DNA of 64,000 bases from a virus (taxonomy: Duplodnaviria; Caudoviricetes), in IMG/VR virus record IMGVR_UViG_3300009945_000011, positions 1 to 64,000 of that record; one strand, 5' to 3'. The position numbers and the translations under genes are program-made. The notes under the pieces were generated by a model, which was not told the origin of the DNA, did not search any database, and was given only the letters and a program-made list of their open reading frames with translations. Below are positions 47,680 through 56,138 of this stretch, piece after piece. The first letter of the stretch is position 1. Every line of letters begins with the position of its first letter.

Positions 47680-47733
47680 TGGGCCGTAGCGTGGGCATCG
47701 AACCCACGTGGGAGCCTGGTTACTCCCTACGGC
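47680..47733 (-). ncRNA. tRNA-like RNA element lacking an anticodon arm
   Basis: 7-bp acceptor-like stem, 4-bp D-like arm (loop UAACCAGG), 6-bp T arm (loop UUCGAUG), 3' CCA; all 17 pairs Watson-Crick. Confidence 0.7.
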
Positions 47734-47738
47734 AATAA

Positions 47739-47999
47739 CTAGCGAGAGAGGAATACCGACAGGTACTCGCCATCGTCAATATGGTACGAGTACCGCAACC
47801 CAGTATCCCGAACAACGCTGTCGGCGATAATCTTTGCGTTTGCGGTGTGGTTTCTCATAAATCGAGAAACCATGACGCATGCCCGATCTTCCCATAAGAT
47901 CAGGTCAGCGTCTACCGTGGGGTCAAAGACCAACCCCAACGTGTAATCTAAAAGCTTAGAATATAGTTCGATTGCTTCCTTACAGTCGAACTTGACCAC
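47739..47999 (-). CDS. Hypothetical protein
   Basis: AGGAGGG SD + GTG; palindrome upstream. Confidence 0.6.
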   Translation of the reverse strand: MVKFDCKEAIELYSKLLDYTLGLVFDPTVDADLILWEDRACVMVSRFMRNHTANAKIIADSVVRDTGLRYSYHIDDGEYLSVFLSR

Positions 48000-48247
48000 C
48001 TTGTCCCTCCTACACCATGCCTGCGCAGGCATGGTGCCCTATATAATGGCCATCATGGGGATCAAATAGACCCCTATGCCTGGTCCATTTATACCCCTGG
48101 TCCTGGTCCATTTTATTGGGGGATTGTATAAAGATACAATCCCATGACCATTCCAGGGATTATATTACCAGGCTGGGGCTGTTTTCCCCCATGTTCGACC
48201 AGGGCCACACAACCCTGGCCTTCTTAGTATTTATTCCATTACTATTG

Positions 48248-48505
48248 CTACATTAGAGAGAATATGATTACTTCACCCGCCTTATCTTTTCGGCGGGTAA
48301 TTTCTCGCACCCGAAACGGTGCATACTCTGATACGGTCAGTTCCGTGAAAGCGTCGTTGATTGATGCGTTCGTGGAATTGGTTTTTATTGTTATAGAGCT
48401 GGTTGCTATCTCTATTAGGCTATTGGTCTCAAATGCGAGACCAATAGCGTCCCTGGATATCCACGGGAGCACACTAAGTGCTCCCGTGTCTAGCAGATGT
48501 ATCAA
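48248..48505 (-). CDS. Hypothetical protein
   Basis: AGGAGG SD, TTG start overlapping the upstream stop. Confidence 0.4.
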   Translation of the reverse strand: MIHLLDTGALSVLPWISRDAIGLAFETNSLIEIATSSITIKTNSTNASINDAFTELTVSEYAPFRVREITRRKDKAGEVIIFSLM

Positions 48506-48699
48506 GCCACCACCTCCTTATATTTTTCTATAATCGGGAGCATATAACTCCCGACGATAACTGAAACCGAATCATTCTTGCGGTACTCCCACCATGGGAG
48601 TGCCTTTCTCAGTGGCTCGATGTCTTCCAGAACTATCTCCCATGCCCACTTGGGCATGGTAATTAGGGATTCCTTCTCGTCTATCTTTGTGATAGACAT
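48502..48699 (-). CDS. Hypothetical protein
   Basis: CAGGAGG SD inside a structured leader. Confidence 0.65.
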   Translation of the reverse strand: MSITKIDEKESLITMPKWAWEIVLEDIEPLRKALPWWEYRKNDSVSVIVGSYMLPIIEKYKEVVA

Positions 48700-48944
48700 T
48701 GTTTTACCTCCTGACTAATACCGCAGCGCCAACCATTGCTCATGATTTTGAGCACGGCGCTGTAACCAGTCACTCACCAACGACTGGTTCTTAGCTTTAT
48801 TCAATTAGTCAGGACTGGAATAATAAAGCAGCGACCGTGGATTATTATTACTACAGGTCGCTGCTGTTTGTTATAATAATTTGTCTTTGTTTATTATTAT
48901 TACCGTCGGCGGCTGTTGCCGTCGGCGTCGCCACCGACACTGAC

Positions 48945-48973
48945 AGCGTAGCGGGAAGGCCGACGGTTGTCAA
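48945..48973 (-). promoter_or_regulatory. Leftward early promoter P3
   Basis: TTGACA-17-TACGCT. Confidence 0.75.
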
Positions 48974-49404
48974 TCCCCCGAGGCCGACGACTTTCCAATC
49001 CTAAGCGAATATAAGATAACGTTACGTTTTGTTATGTACTTGCACAACTGGCGTAACGTTATCTCATTGCTTAGGATTGCGTCCTGTGAGCCTGCCTGTG
49101 CAGGCAACCTCACAGGGACTGGGATTGATTTTCGATTATCGAATGCTCTGTATTATTGTGCTTGGAATATTATTGTTATTGCGATTGCGTGGTTATTATT
49201 CCGCATGTGTTGGTGAGCCGTGTGCGGCGCGGCTGCAATAATATACATTAGGCGCGTGTATTATTGGGGGAGCCCTACCGCGCGCAGTTATTGCCGCCGC
49301 GTGGCTGCATATAGGCGCGGCGGTTGTCTCAAATTATTTATTATATATTTTTTATAATCTCGCGAGCCCGCCGCCGCTTACCGCTTGGGCGGCGGGTGCG
49401 GGTG

Positions 49405-49584
49405 CTAATCGCTTTGTCGCACCAAAGCGGTAGCCCTTTGCCAAAGGGTATCCTCTGGCTCTATGAGCGCGCAAGCAATTCTACGTCTTAGCCTTTCTCT
49501 GTAATAGTCAAACATATCATCATCCGAATTGGCAGGATCATCATCATCATCCTGCCATCCGTAGGCATCTTTTTCCATTGTCAT
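49405..49584 (-). CDS. Small acidic hypothetical protein
   Basis: AAGGGG SD before ATG 49584. Confidence 0.5.
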   Translation of the reverse strand: MTMEKDAYGWQDDDDDPANSDDDMFDYYRERLRRRIACALIEPEDTLWQRATALVRQSD

Positions 49585-49686
49585 TATCCCTTTTCTTTTG
49601 GCAGCCACCAAAAGTGACTGCCGCGAACACAACAAAAAGTCGGCAGCCATTTAGACTGCCGACTTGATTGCTGCCGTTAGGCAGCG

Positions 49687-50091
49687 TTAGCTAGCGGCGG
49701 GCTTTTTCTTTTGCGTGGTATCCTTTTGTTCGGCAGCGCGCTGAATTTTGCCGAACAATTGATTTAGCAAGTGTGCGGCGCGGACTTTTTCTACTTCCGT
49801 TTTTGCCGCAGATAGCCAGTAGTTTCTAATGTGCTCTTCCACCATGCCGTTTGGGATCAGCAAGTCCCGCAAGTACGCTACTTGCTTTTGTCCTGCAGTG
49901 TCGCGGTACTCTGGCTTTTGTTGATCCAAAATCCAGTTTTCGACTTCCGCAAGAGTGTATCCTTTACTTAGCATGCCTGCCGCCGTGGTTAGTTTGCGGC
50001 AGGTTGCGGCGTATAAAAAGCGTGGTTGCGGACGGTTTGTGTCTACAAACTTACCGCTGATGATTTTTTCTAGTTCGTCAATGCGTGCCAT
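49687..50091 (-). CDS. Hypothetical protein (first leftward gene)
   Basis: AAAGGA SD; follows promoter P4. Confidence 0.65.
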   Translation of the reverse strand: MARIDELEKIISGKFVDTNRPQPRFLYAATCRKLTTAAGMLSKGYTLAEVENWILDQQKPEYRDTAGQKQVAYLRDLLIPNGMVEEHIRNYWLSAAKTEVEKVRAAHLLNQLFGKIQRAAEQKDTTQKKKPAAS

Positions 50092-50166
50092 TTTATCCCG
50101 TCCTTTTTTGGCGCCTATATATAGGCGCTGCCGAAACCCGTGTCGCCGCGACTGGCGACTGGATGC

Positions 50167-50195
50167 AGTATAGCGGGCGCGCTAGTGACAGTCAA
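50167..50195 (-). promoter_or_regulatory. Leftward early promoter P4
   Basis: TTGACT-17-TATACT. Confidence 0.75.
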
Positions 50196-50801
50196 TCCCC
50201 GTCGGCGTAGTGTGCGCTACACATTTCGTGCACGCCGTGCCAGTCGGTCAGCGTCGGCGTCGGTCACTTGCACACAATTATCCCGCGCGCTTATTGCACC
50301 TAATATGCGCAAGTTAGGCACTGTACGTCCGACACAATTGCGCGTGCTTATTATGGTAATGGCTAACGCAACGCAACCATATCCGTCACGGGCACAACTA
50401 CACAACGGCGCACGCAATCTAGCGTACACTAGTTCGCGTTAGGCAATTGTGGCAATTAGGTTAGGCTAGTTAGGTTAGCGTTATTACTAAGCACACATAT
50501 TATAGGTACTTGCCCCTCAAATCCGCTTCAAATTCAATTGTTGTGGTTGGTCGTTAGTCACAAAATTATTCGCGGTACAAATTTCAAACCTTCGCGCTTT
50601 TTGCCTTCTTCGGTTTGTGGTGTTAGTATTGTATTGAAATGTTTCGATTGAGATGAAAGGGAATGGTACGTGGGATAATCTGGTGAATGGTTTTTGGTTG
50701 TGAATCGTATCGGATAATCTTGGAATTGTGTGGCTATTTGGAATAAGGCTGGGGAAAAGTGTAAGAGAATGTGGTAATGTGATGTTGTGGAGGTTGTTGT
50801 T

Positions 50802-51953
50802 ATGCGTTCCTTGGTACTTGTGGTTGTGTTGTGGGTAATGGCAGCGCCTGTGCTGGCGAATGAGCAAGTTGTTCCGAATGGGATACGGCGATCTGGTGGT
50901 GGATGGGGGACAGGCGATGTTGATGTGGCTGTCGTGGATACAGGCATTGATGTTTATCACGATGACTTGAATGTTGTGGGTGGGTATGATTGTACAGGCG
51001 AGACGAAAGAGGCACTGTATGACAGCCACGGCAGGTTGCTCTATCCGCACCAGGACTTGAATGGTCATGGAACGCACGTGGCAGGGATTATTGCAGCCAA
51101 GGATGACAACAAGGGTGTTGTTGGCATGGCTCCTGGAGCGAGGTTGTGGGCAGTCAAGGTGCTGGACAAGAATGGCAAGGGCTCTTTTGATGATGTCACC
51201 TGTGGATTAGAGTGGGTGCTGGAGCATGCTGACATCATTGATGTGGTGAATCTCAGTCTTGGTGGTGACTTTGAGTATCATGATGTTGCTCCTTGTTATA
51301 ACCCAGCCCTTCCATATGACTTGCAAGACAGGCGCTTGCGTGAGACGCCGTATTACTTGGAAGAGGTTGATTCGTTTGGGTTGACAAGGAGGAAGAATCC
51401 GTTCTGGGTTGACCAGGAGCTTCACCAGGCAATCTGTGATCTGGTTCGCGCTGGTGTTCCTGTCGTTGTGGCTGCTGGGAATGGAGGCGGTGATGCGTTT
51501 TCTGGAAGACCAAGCGCCTATGATGAGTCTATTGTTGTTAGTAGTTATGCTGACTTTGATGGTGAGCCTGGTGGGAAGGCAGCCCTCGATGCTCCTTGTG
51601 CACTTGGCGGTCTTGATGACAGGTTCTATGATTACCGCAATATGGCAATTCATCCAGCCGCATCGAGTTATCATGGGAAACAGGTAGATATCGCAGCCCC
51701 AGGTGTTTGTGTCTTTTCCACGTACTTGGATAACACCTATGCCTATCTCACTGGTACGAGTATGGCAGCGCCGCATGTGACTGGTGCGATTGCCTTGTAC
51801 TTGCAAGAGCACCCAGAGGCAACAGTTGATGACGTGCGGCAATGGTTACTTGCAAATGCAATCCCACAGCCAGAGAACTTTGGTGATGTTGATCAGTTCC
51901 ACGAGCCTCTTTTATACGTACCACGAGAAAAGCAGGAAGCGTCTGGTGCGTAA
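50802..51953 (+). CDS. Secreted subtilisin-like serine protease (S8)
   Basis: Signal peptide; VAVVDTGID (Asp), NGHGTHVAG (His), AAGN (oxyanion Asn), GTSMAAPHV (Ser). Confidence 0.95.
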   Translation: MRSLVLVVVLWVMAAPVLANEQVVPNGIRRSGGGWGTGDVDVAVVDTGIDVYHDDLNVVGGYDCTGETKEALYDSHGRLLYPHQDLNGHGTHVAGIIAAKDDNKGVVGMAPGARLWAVKVLDKNGKGSFDDVTCGLEWVLEHADIIDVVNLSLGGDFEYHDVAPCYNPALPYDLQDRRLRETPYYLEEVDSFGLTRRKNPFWVDQELHQAICDLVRAGVPVVVAAGNGGGDAFSGRPSAYDESIVVSSYADFDGEPGGKAALDAPCALGGLDDRFYDYRNMAIHPAASSYHGKQVDIAAPGVCVFSTYLDNTYAYLTGTSMAAPHVTGAIALYLQEHPEATVDDVRQWLLANAIPQPENFGDVDQFHEPLLYVPREKQEASGA

Positions 51954-52071
51954 GAAAGTGGTAGTACCTTCTTCCCTCGCGCTCCACGTGGAGAGTTAGC
52001 GCGGCATCTTGGTATCTCCGCCACGGTGCCGCGTTTCCCCTATTTGCCTGTGCAGGCAAAGGAGATAATGC

Positions 52072-53100
52072 ATGCTCAAGTGGGACGTTGTATCCAAAAA
52101 AATCATTAATCCAGAGGATGAGCACCCAACCGTTGTTGCTAATGTTGCATTGATGACAGAAGATGGTGGTGTTATTGCCACGAGAGACTTTCAGTATGTG
52201 GCTGGTCATGAAGAAGCCCTAGAGGAAGCTGCTAACCAGTGGGTAGCATCCTTCGACGAAGAGAAGGCCGCTGTTCTTGCAAGGTCTGCCTTCAAGGAGA
52301 AGAAACCCAAAGATGCTGAAAAACAACAGGACCAGGTAGTGCCGATCGTTGACGCGCTTCGGGCTGAGCTAGATCAAAAGCTCTTGTCTCTGGAAGAAAA
52401 GTTAGAAAGACTGAAGCCAGAAAGCGTGGGTATCGAGGATAAGCGAGAGGTCCGTGACCTGATTTCCCAAACCATGTCTGCTATGAATGCGATTCTCACA
52501 AATCAGGGCACGATTACAACGAAACTCGATTCCATTGATCAAGGCAAGCCTGTGTCGAAGTTGACGAAGGCGGTTGATTCATTGACAAGTGCTATCCAGG
52601 CCGTGTCCTCTCAACTTGACACGTTGATTCAAAAGACTGCCGAACAGTCCGTGATGGTGCAGCAGTCTCGTGATACTCTCGTGGTTACGACGGAGCAACT
52701 TCGTGCGCTAGTGGCCTCTGTGGATCAGAACCGCGTGGCAATCGAGCAGCTTGTTCCTTCGATGGACCGCGTGATTTCCGCGATTGATGCTGAGGAGAAG
52801 CAGTATACGGCCCTGAGTGCTTCTGTAAACGATGTCTCTGTCCAAGTGGATCAAGCGGTGCGTGCTCTCAAAGAAGAGATGTATGCATCTGACAGCGTCA
52901 CTGCTGCTGATGTTAAGGAGAGTGTTTCAGATAACTTCTCACAACTTGAGGCTCGTGTGAATGCAAACCTTGATGGTGTTGTGAAGGTTATCAATGATCG
53001 CGTTGGAATACTTGAAAGGACTGTTACTGCCATTAACTCAAGGCTTGATGAAATAATGGTTTCTCTTTCAAAGCATAATCCCCCAGCCGATGTTATCTAA
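52072..53100 (+). CDS. Long coiled-coil protein
   Basis: Heptad-rich A/L/V/E/S sequence; AAGGAG SD preceded by the 14-bp palindrome. Confidence 0.7.
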   Translation: MLKWDVVSKKIINPEDEHPTVVANVALMTEDGGVIATRDFQYVAGHEEALEEAANQWVASFDEEKAAVLARSAFKEKKPKDAEKQQDQVVPIVDALRAELDQKLLSLEEKLERLKPESVGIEDKREVRDLISQTMSAMNAILTNQGTITTKLDSIDQGKPVSKLTKAVDSLTSAIQAVSSQLDTLIQKTAEQSVMVQQSRDTLVVTTEQLRALVASVDQNRVAIEQLVPSMDRVISAIDAEEKQYTALSASVNDVSVQVDQAVRALKEEMYASDSVTAADVKESVSDNFSQLEARVNANLDGVVKVINDRVGILERTVTAINSRLDEIMVSLSKHNPPADVI

Positions 53101-55031
53101 TGGTGATGTTTATGATCATTGAAAGACAGCCTGTTGCTTTTCCTAGGATCCAAAGGTCAACACAGCCAATCAACATCACCAGGACTGATCTTGCTATTCC
53201 TCGTATCCAACGTTCGTCACAACAACTGGCTATAGCTCGGCAAGATGTTCGTAACAAGAATCCCATTACAGCTATGGTTCCGCTGAGCGGATCGCTTGTT
53301 GGGTATCGGCGTGCCCCTGGTAATTCGTCACAGTCGCAGTCGTTTTCTCTCACGAGTAGTGGCGCCCTGCGCTGGCGGCCTGCACCTGGGGCGCTGATGA
53401 ACCTGCTCCCCAACGAGTCATTCGATGCCTCAAGCCCCCTCCCGTGGTCTCCTGGTATGCAACTGGCCCGCGTCACCAGCCCACGGACGCACGGAGCCTG
53501 GAGCCTCCAGGGCACAGTGACACAGCCGTCTGGCCATCATTTCCAGCACAATACGCGGGCTGCCATCACACCAGGAACCTGGACGTTTTCCATGGATATT
53601 TTCAACGCAAACAGCGCGGCCAGGATGGTGAAATTATGGCTCCATAGCGTCTCCTCGCCCGTCTTTTCCCTGCCGCCTGGACAATGGACACGTGTGGCCT
53701 GGACATTTACCGTCCCAGCGGACGTCACGCCTATGCGGCAGGCGAGCGGTACCAGAGATGACAGCGCAAACCCGTGGCAGGTCGGTGATGTTTTTTACTT
53801 CGACGCCACGACGCTGTCGCCGTCGAGCTCCGCGGCCTTCTTTGATGGCAGTGTTGCAGGGGCGACGTGGATTGACCTGATTACGGGCCAGCTTGGCACG
53901 ATGGGCCAACACGAGGCTGTCGAGAGGGTCATGGCGCTCGTCGAAGAGGGGACGACGAATGAAATCCTTGATCCACTGGACAATAACCAGGGGCTCCACT
54001 GGGAGCCTGGTGCGGGAACCTCTACGAATTACGGCGGAGGAGGTGCGATATTTGAGCCGCAAATCCTCCGTACAACGGGATTTCCCGTCCTCACCATGCC
54101 TGCTGGCGGATGGTATGGCCTGAAAGCCTCGGTGGCTCCTGCGGTGAGTGCGGGACAGACGCGGACGGCACAGGCGATCGTCCTCGCTACGGGCAATGCC
54201 ACGCTAGCACTGGACCTCGTTGGGCTGGATGCGAGCAACGCCGTGACGGAGACCTTGAGCCAGACGTTCGCCGTATCAGCCAACACCCAGACGACGCTCG
54301 TCCTCACGGCAACCTTTGCCAATGCGAGCACGGTGAAATATGTCCCGCGCCTGCGTAACGCTGGGAGCGGTTACGCGATGGTGTATTTTGGGTACCTGGG
54401 CTGTGAGGCAAAACCCTATGCCACCACGTGGTGCACGGGGAATATGGGCACAGGCTACTCCTGGGCGGGAACGGCGCACGCGAGCGCGAGCAGCAGGTTG
54501 GACACGAATGTTCTCGTTCCGAATGGGAGCAGCTTGCCATACGGCGATCCCGCTCCGCCGTTCTCGGTCGCGTTCTGGCTCGTGAAACTCATTACGCCGC
54601 CAACGAGTAAGTTGCTTTTTGCAGCTAACCATTCGAGTAATTGGCCTAATGGACCAGGACTAATATCACGTTCTGATGGGACAATGGCGTTTGCTGCTAA
54701 GGCCGATGGTTCTTACTCTATCATAACCCCCAATCCCGTTCCTGTCGGCGAGTTGCATCACTATTGCGGCACATGGGACGGGACCACGTGGAGGTTTTAC
54801 TTTGATGGGGTTCTTGTTGGTTCGAATACTAGTTATGCTCCTAAGATTATTGACGGTTACAACGTATTCGGCGGATCGTTAGTCCCAGGATTTGCCGTGG
54901 GCGGCCTCCTCTATGCTGATAGGGCCTTTACTGATCAAGAGGTGGCTGCTATTTATAATGAGGGACATGCTAACAATTTATTCGGTTTCAACCGCTCACA
55001 TCCTCACATACTTGAACGTCAGGCTGCTTAG
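53100..55031 (+). CDS. Fibre/receptor-binding-like protein with carbohydrate-binding (CBM4/9-like) and LamG domains
   Basis: NLLPNESFD...WTFS...WTRVAWTF; FSVAFW...LHHYCGTWDGTTWRFYFDG...RAFTDQEVAAIY (LamG). Confidence 0.7.
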   Translation: MVMFMIIERQPVAFPRIQRSTQPINITRTDLAIPRIQRSSQQLAIARQDVRNKNPITAMVPLSGSLVGYRRAPGNSSQSQSFSLTSSGALRWRPAPGALMNLLPNESFDASSPLPWSPGMQLARVTSPRTHGAWSLQGTVTQPSGHHFQHNTRAAITPGTWTFSMDIFNANSAARMVKLWLHSVSSPVFSLPPGQWTRVAWTFTVPADVTPMRQASGTRDDSANPWQVGDVFYFDATTLSPSSSAAFFDGSVAGATWIDLITGQLGTMGQHEAVERVMALVEEGTTNEILDPLDNNQGLHWEPGAGTSTNYGGGGAIFEPQILRTTGFPVLTMPAGGWYGLKASVAPAVSAGQTRTAQAIVLATGNATLALDLVGLDASNAVTETLSQTFAVSANTQTTLVLTATFANASTVKYVPRLRNAGSGYAMVYFGYLGCEAKPYATTWCTGNMGTGYSWAGTAHASASSRLDTNVLVPNGSSLPYGDPAPPFSVAFWLVKLITPPTSKLLFAANHSSNWPNGPGLISRSDGTMAFAAKADGSYSIITPNPVPVGELHHYCGTWDGTTWRFYFDGVLVGSNTSYAPKIIDGYNVFGGSLVPGFAVGGLLYADRAFTDQEVAAIYNEGHANNLFGFNRSHPHILERQAA

Positions 55032-55039
55032 ATACGGAG

Positions 55040-55414
55040 TTGACTATGGCAAACGTTGCTGGTAATTTTACTATTACCCGTGGGGATACCTATAAAGAAA
55101 ATTGGGTCATCAAGGACGAGAGCGGCACGCCGATCAACATTACAGGGGGCAAGCTCTATTTTACGTTGAAGAACTCTGTCTCTGATCCTGATCCAGGTGC
55201 CCTTCAGTTGACGAGCGCTACAGGTGAAGGAATTACGATCACGGATGCCCCAAACGGTGCCGCCACGATGACGATGACATCAGCACAAACGGCTGCTCTT
55301 AATGTGCAAACATACTATTATGACATTCAGTATAAGAGCTCTTCTGGAGAGATTTTTACGCTTGCTAGGGGTACCATGACGGTAGAGAGTGATGTCACGC
55401 AATCCACGAGCTAG
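55040..55414 (+). CDS. BppU-N-like structural Ig-fold protein
   Basis: ITRGDT...G.PINITG...YYYDIQ. Confidence 0.65.
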   Translation: MTMANVAGNFTITRGDTYKENWVIKDESGTPINITGGKLYFTLKNSVSDPDPGALQLTSATGEGITITDAPNGAATMTMTSAQTAALNVQTYYYDIQYKSSSGEIFTLARGTMTVESDVTQSTS

Positions 55415-55420
55415 TGTCCA

Positions 55421-55675
55421 ATGTCGGGTGAACACCGAAGGCGGAATAGGCAGTGGGTTGAGCAATATAAAGCTAAACACCCTTGCGCGTTCTGTGGTGA
55501 GGCTCACCCAGCGTGCCTAGAATTCCACCACGTGGATACCGCGAATAAGCGTGAAACAATCTCGGCACTTGTCAATGGTGGCGCTGGTATTGATCGGATT
55601 AAACAAGAGATAAGCAAGTGTATCGTAGTGTGTGCTAATTGTCATCGTAAACTTCATTGGAAGGGTTCTCGATGA
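55421..55675 (+). CDS. HNH endonuclease
   Basis: CAFCG...LEFHH...KCIVVCANCHRKLH. Confidence 0.88.
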   Translation: MSGEHRRRNRQWVEQYKAKHPCAFCGEAHPACLEFHHVDTANKRETISALVNGGAGIDRIKQEISKCIVVCANCHRKLHWKGSR

Positions 55676-55786
55676 ATAAGCCTGTTCTTGTATTTCATAA
55701 TCAAAGACCACATATCCGCGCTCTTTCTCGCAGGCCAAATCTTGTGTGGGAAAATACAAGACCATGTTTGAGGTGGATGTTCTAAA

Positions 55787-56137
55787 ATGCCAGTGATTCA
55801 AGCTGACCGCATATTCCTTGGAGATACATACAGTATTAAGTATGAGTCGCTTGAGCCAGTTGATGAGGGTCCCAATAGTTACAACTTTAACAAGACCCCA
55901 CTCAATCCTTCTGCGGCATATGTTTCCCTCTATGACGTGCAAAATGGTGTATTCATACCGCTGAATCCACCAAATAACGAGGCTATTGCTACTGTTGTGG
56001 ACAACATCATCTCGTACACTATTGCAGCGTCATTCTTTCCAGCGTCTGGTGATTACAAGGTCTTTACGCGGGTCGTTTACCCAGATGGCCGCGCTGCTAC
56101 CGAAATGAGGAAAGTGAAGGTTATCGAGAAGGCGTAA
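55787..56137 (+). CDS. Ig-like structural protein (BppU-like)
   Basis: GDT...ISYTI...GDYKV..RVVYPDG. Confidence 0.5.
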   Translation: MPVIQADRIFLGDTYSIKYESLEPVDEGPNSYNFNKTPLNPSAAYVSLYDVQNGVFIPLNPPNNEAIATVVDNIISYTIAASFFPASGDYKVFTRVVYPDGRAATEMRKVKVIEKA

Positions 56138-56138
56138 T

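Noticed and set aside
47680-47733. Canonical tRNA gene
   Set aside because: Only 54 nt with no anticodon arm; reported as a tRNA-like element instead. No canonical tRNA was seen in the window.
50455-50480. TTAGG telomere-like repeats
   Set aside because: Only a few imperfect copies, and no protelomerase or long inverted repeat is visible; folded into the divergence-zone finding.
51207-51842. Long antisense ORFs (e.g. 51207..51842, 15277..15756, 56465..57013, 59905..60366, 32334..32864)
   Set aside because: They shadow well-supported genes on the other strand and show no motifs or SD.
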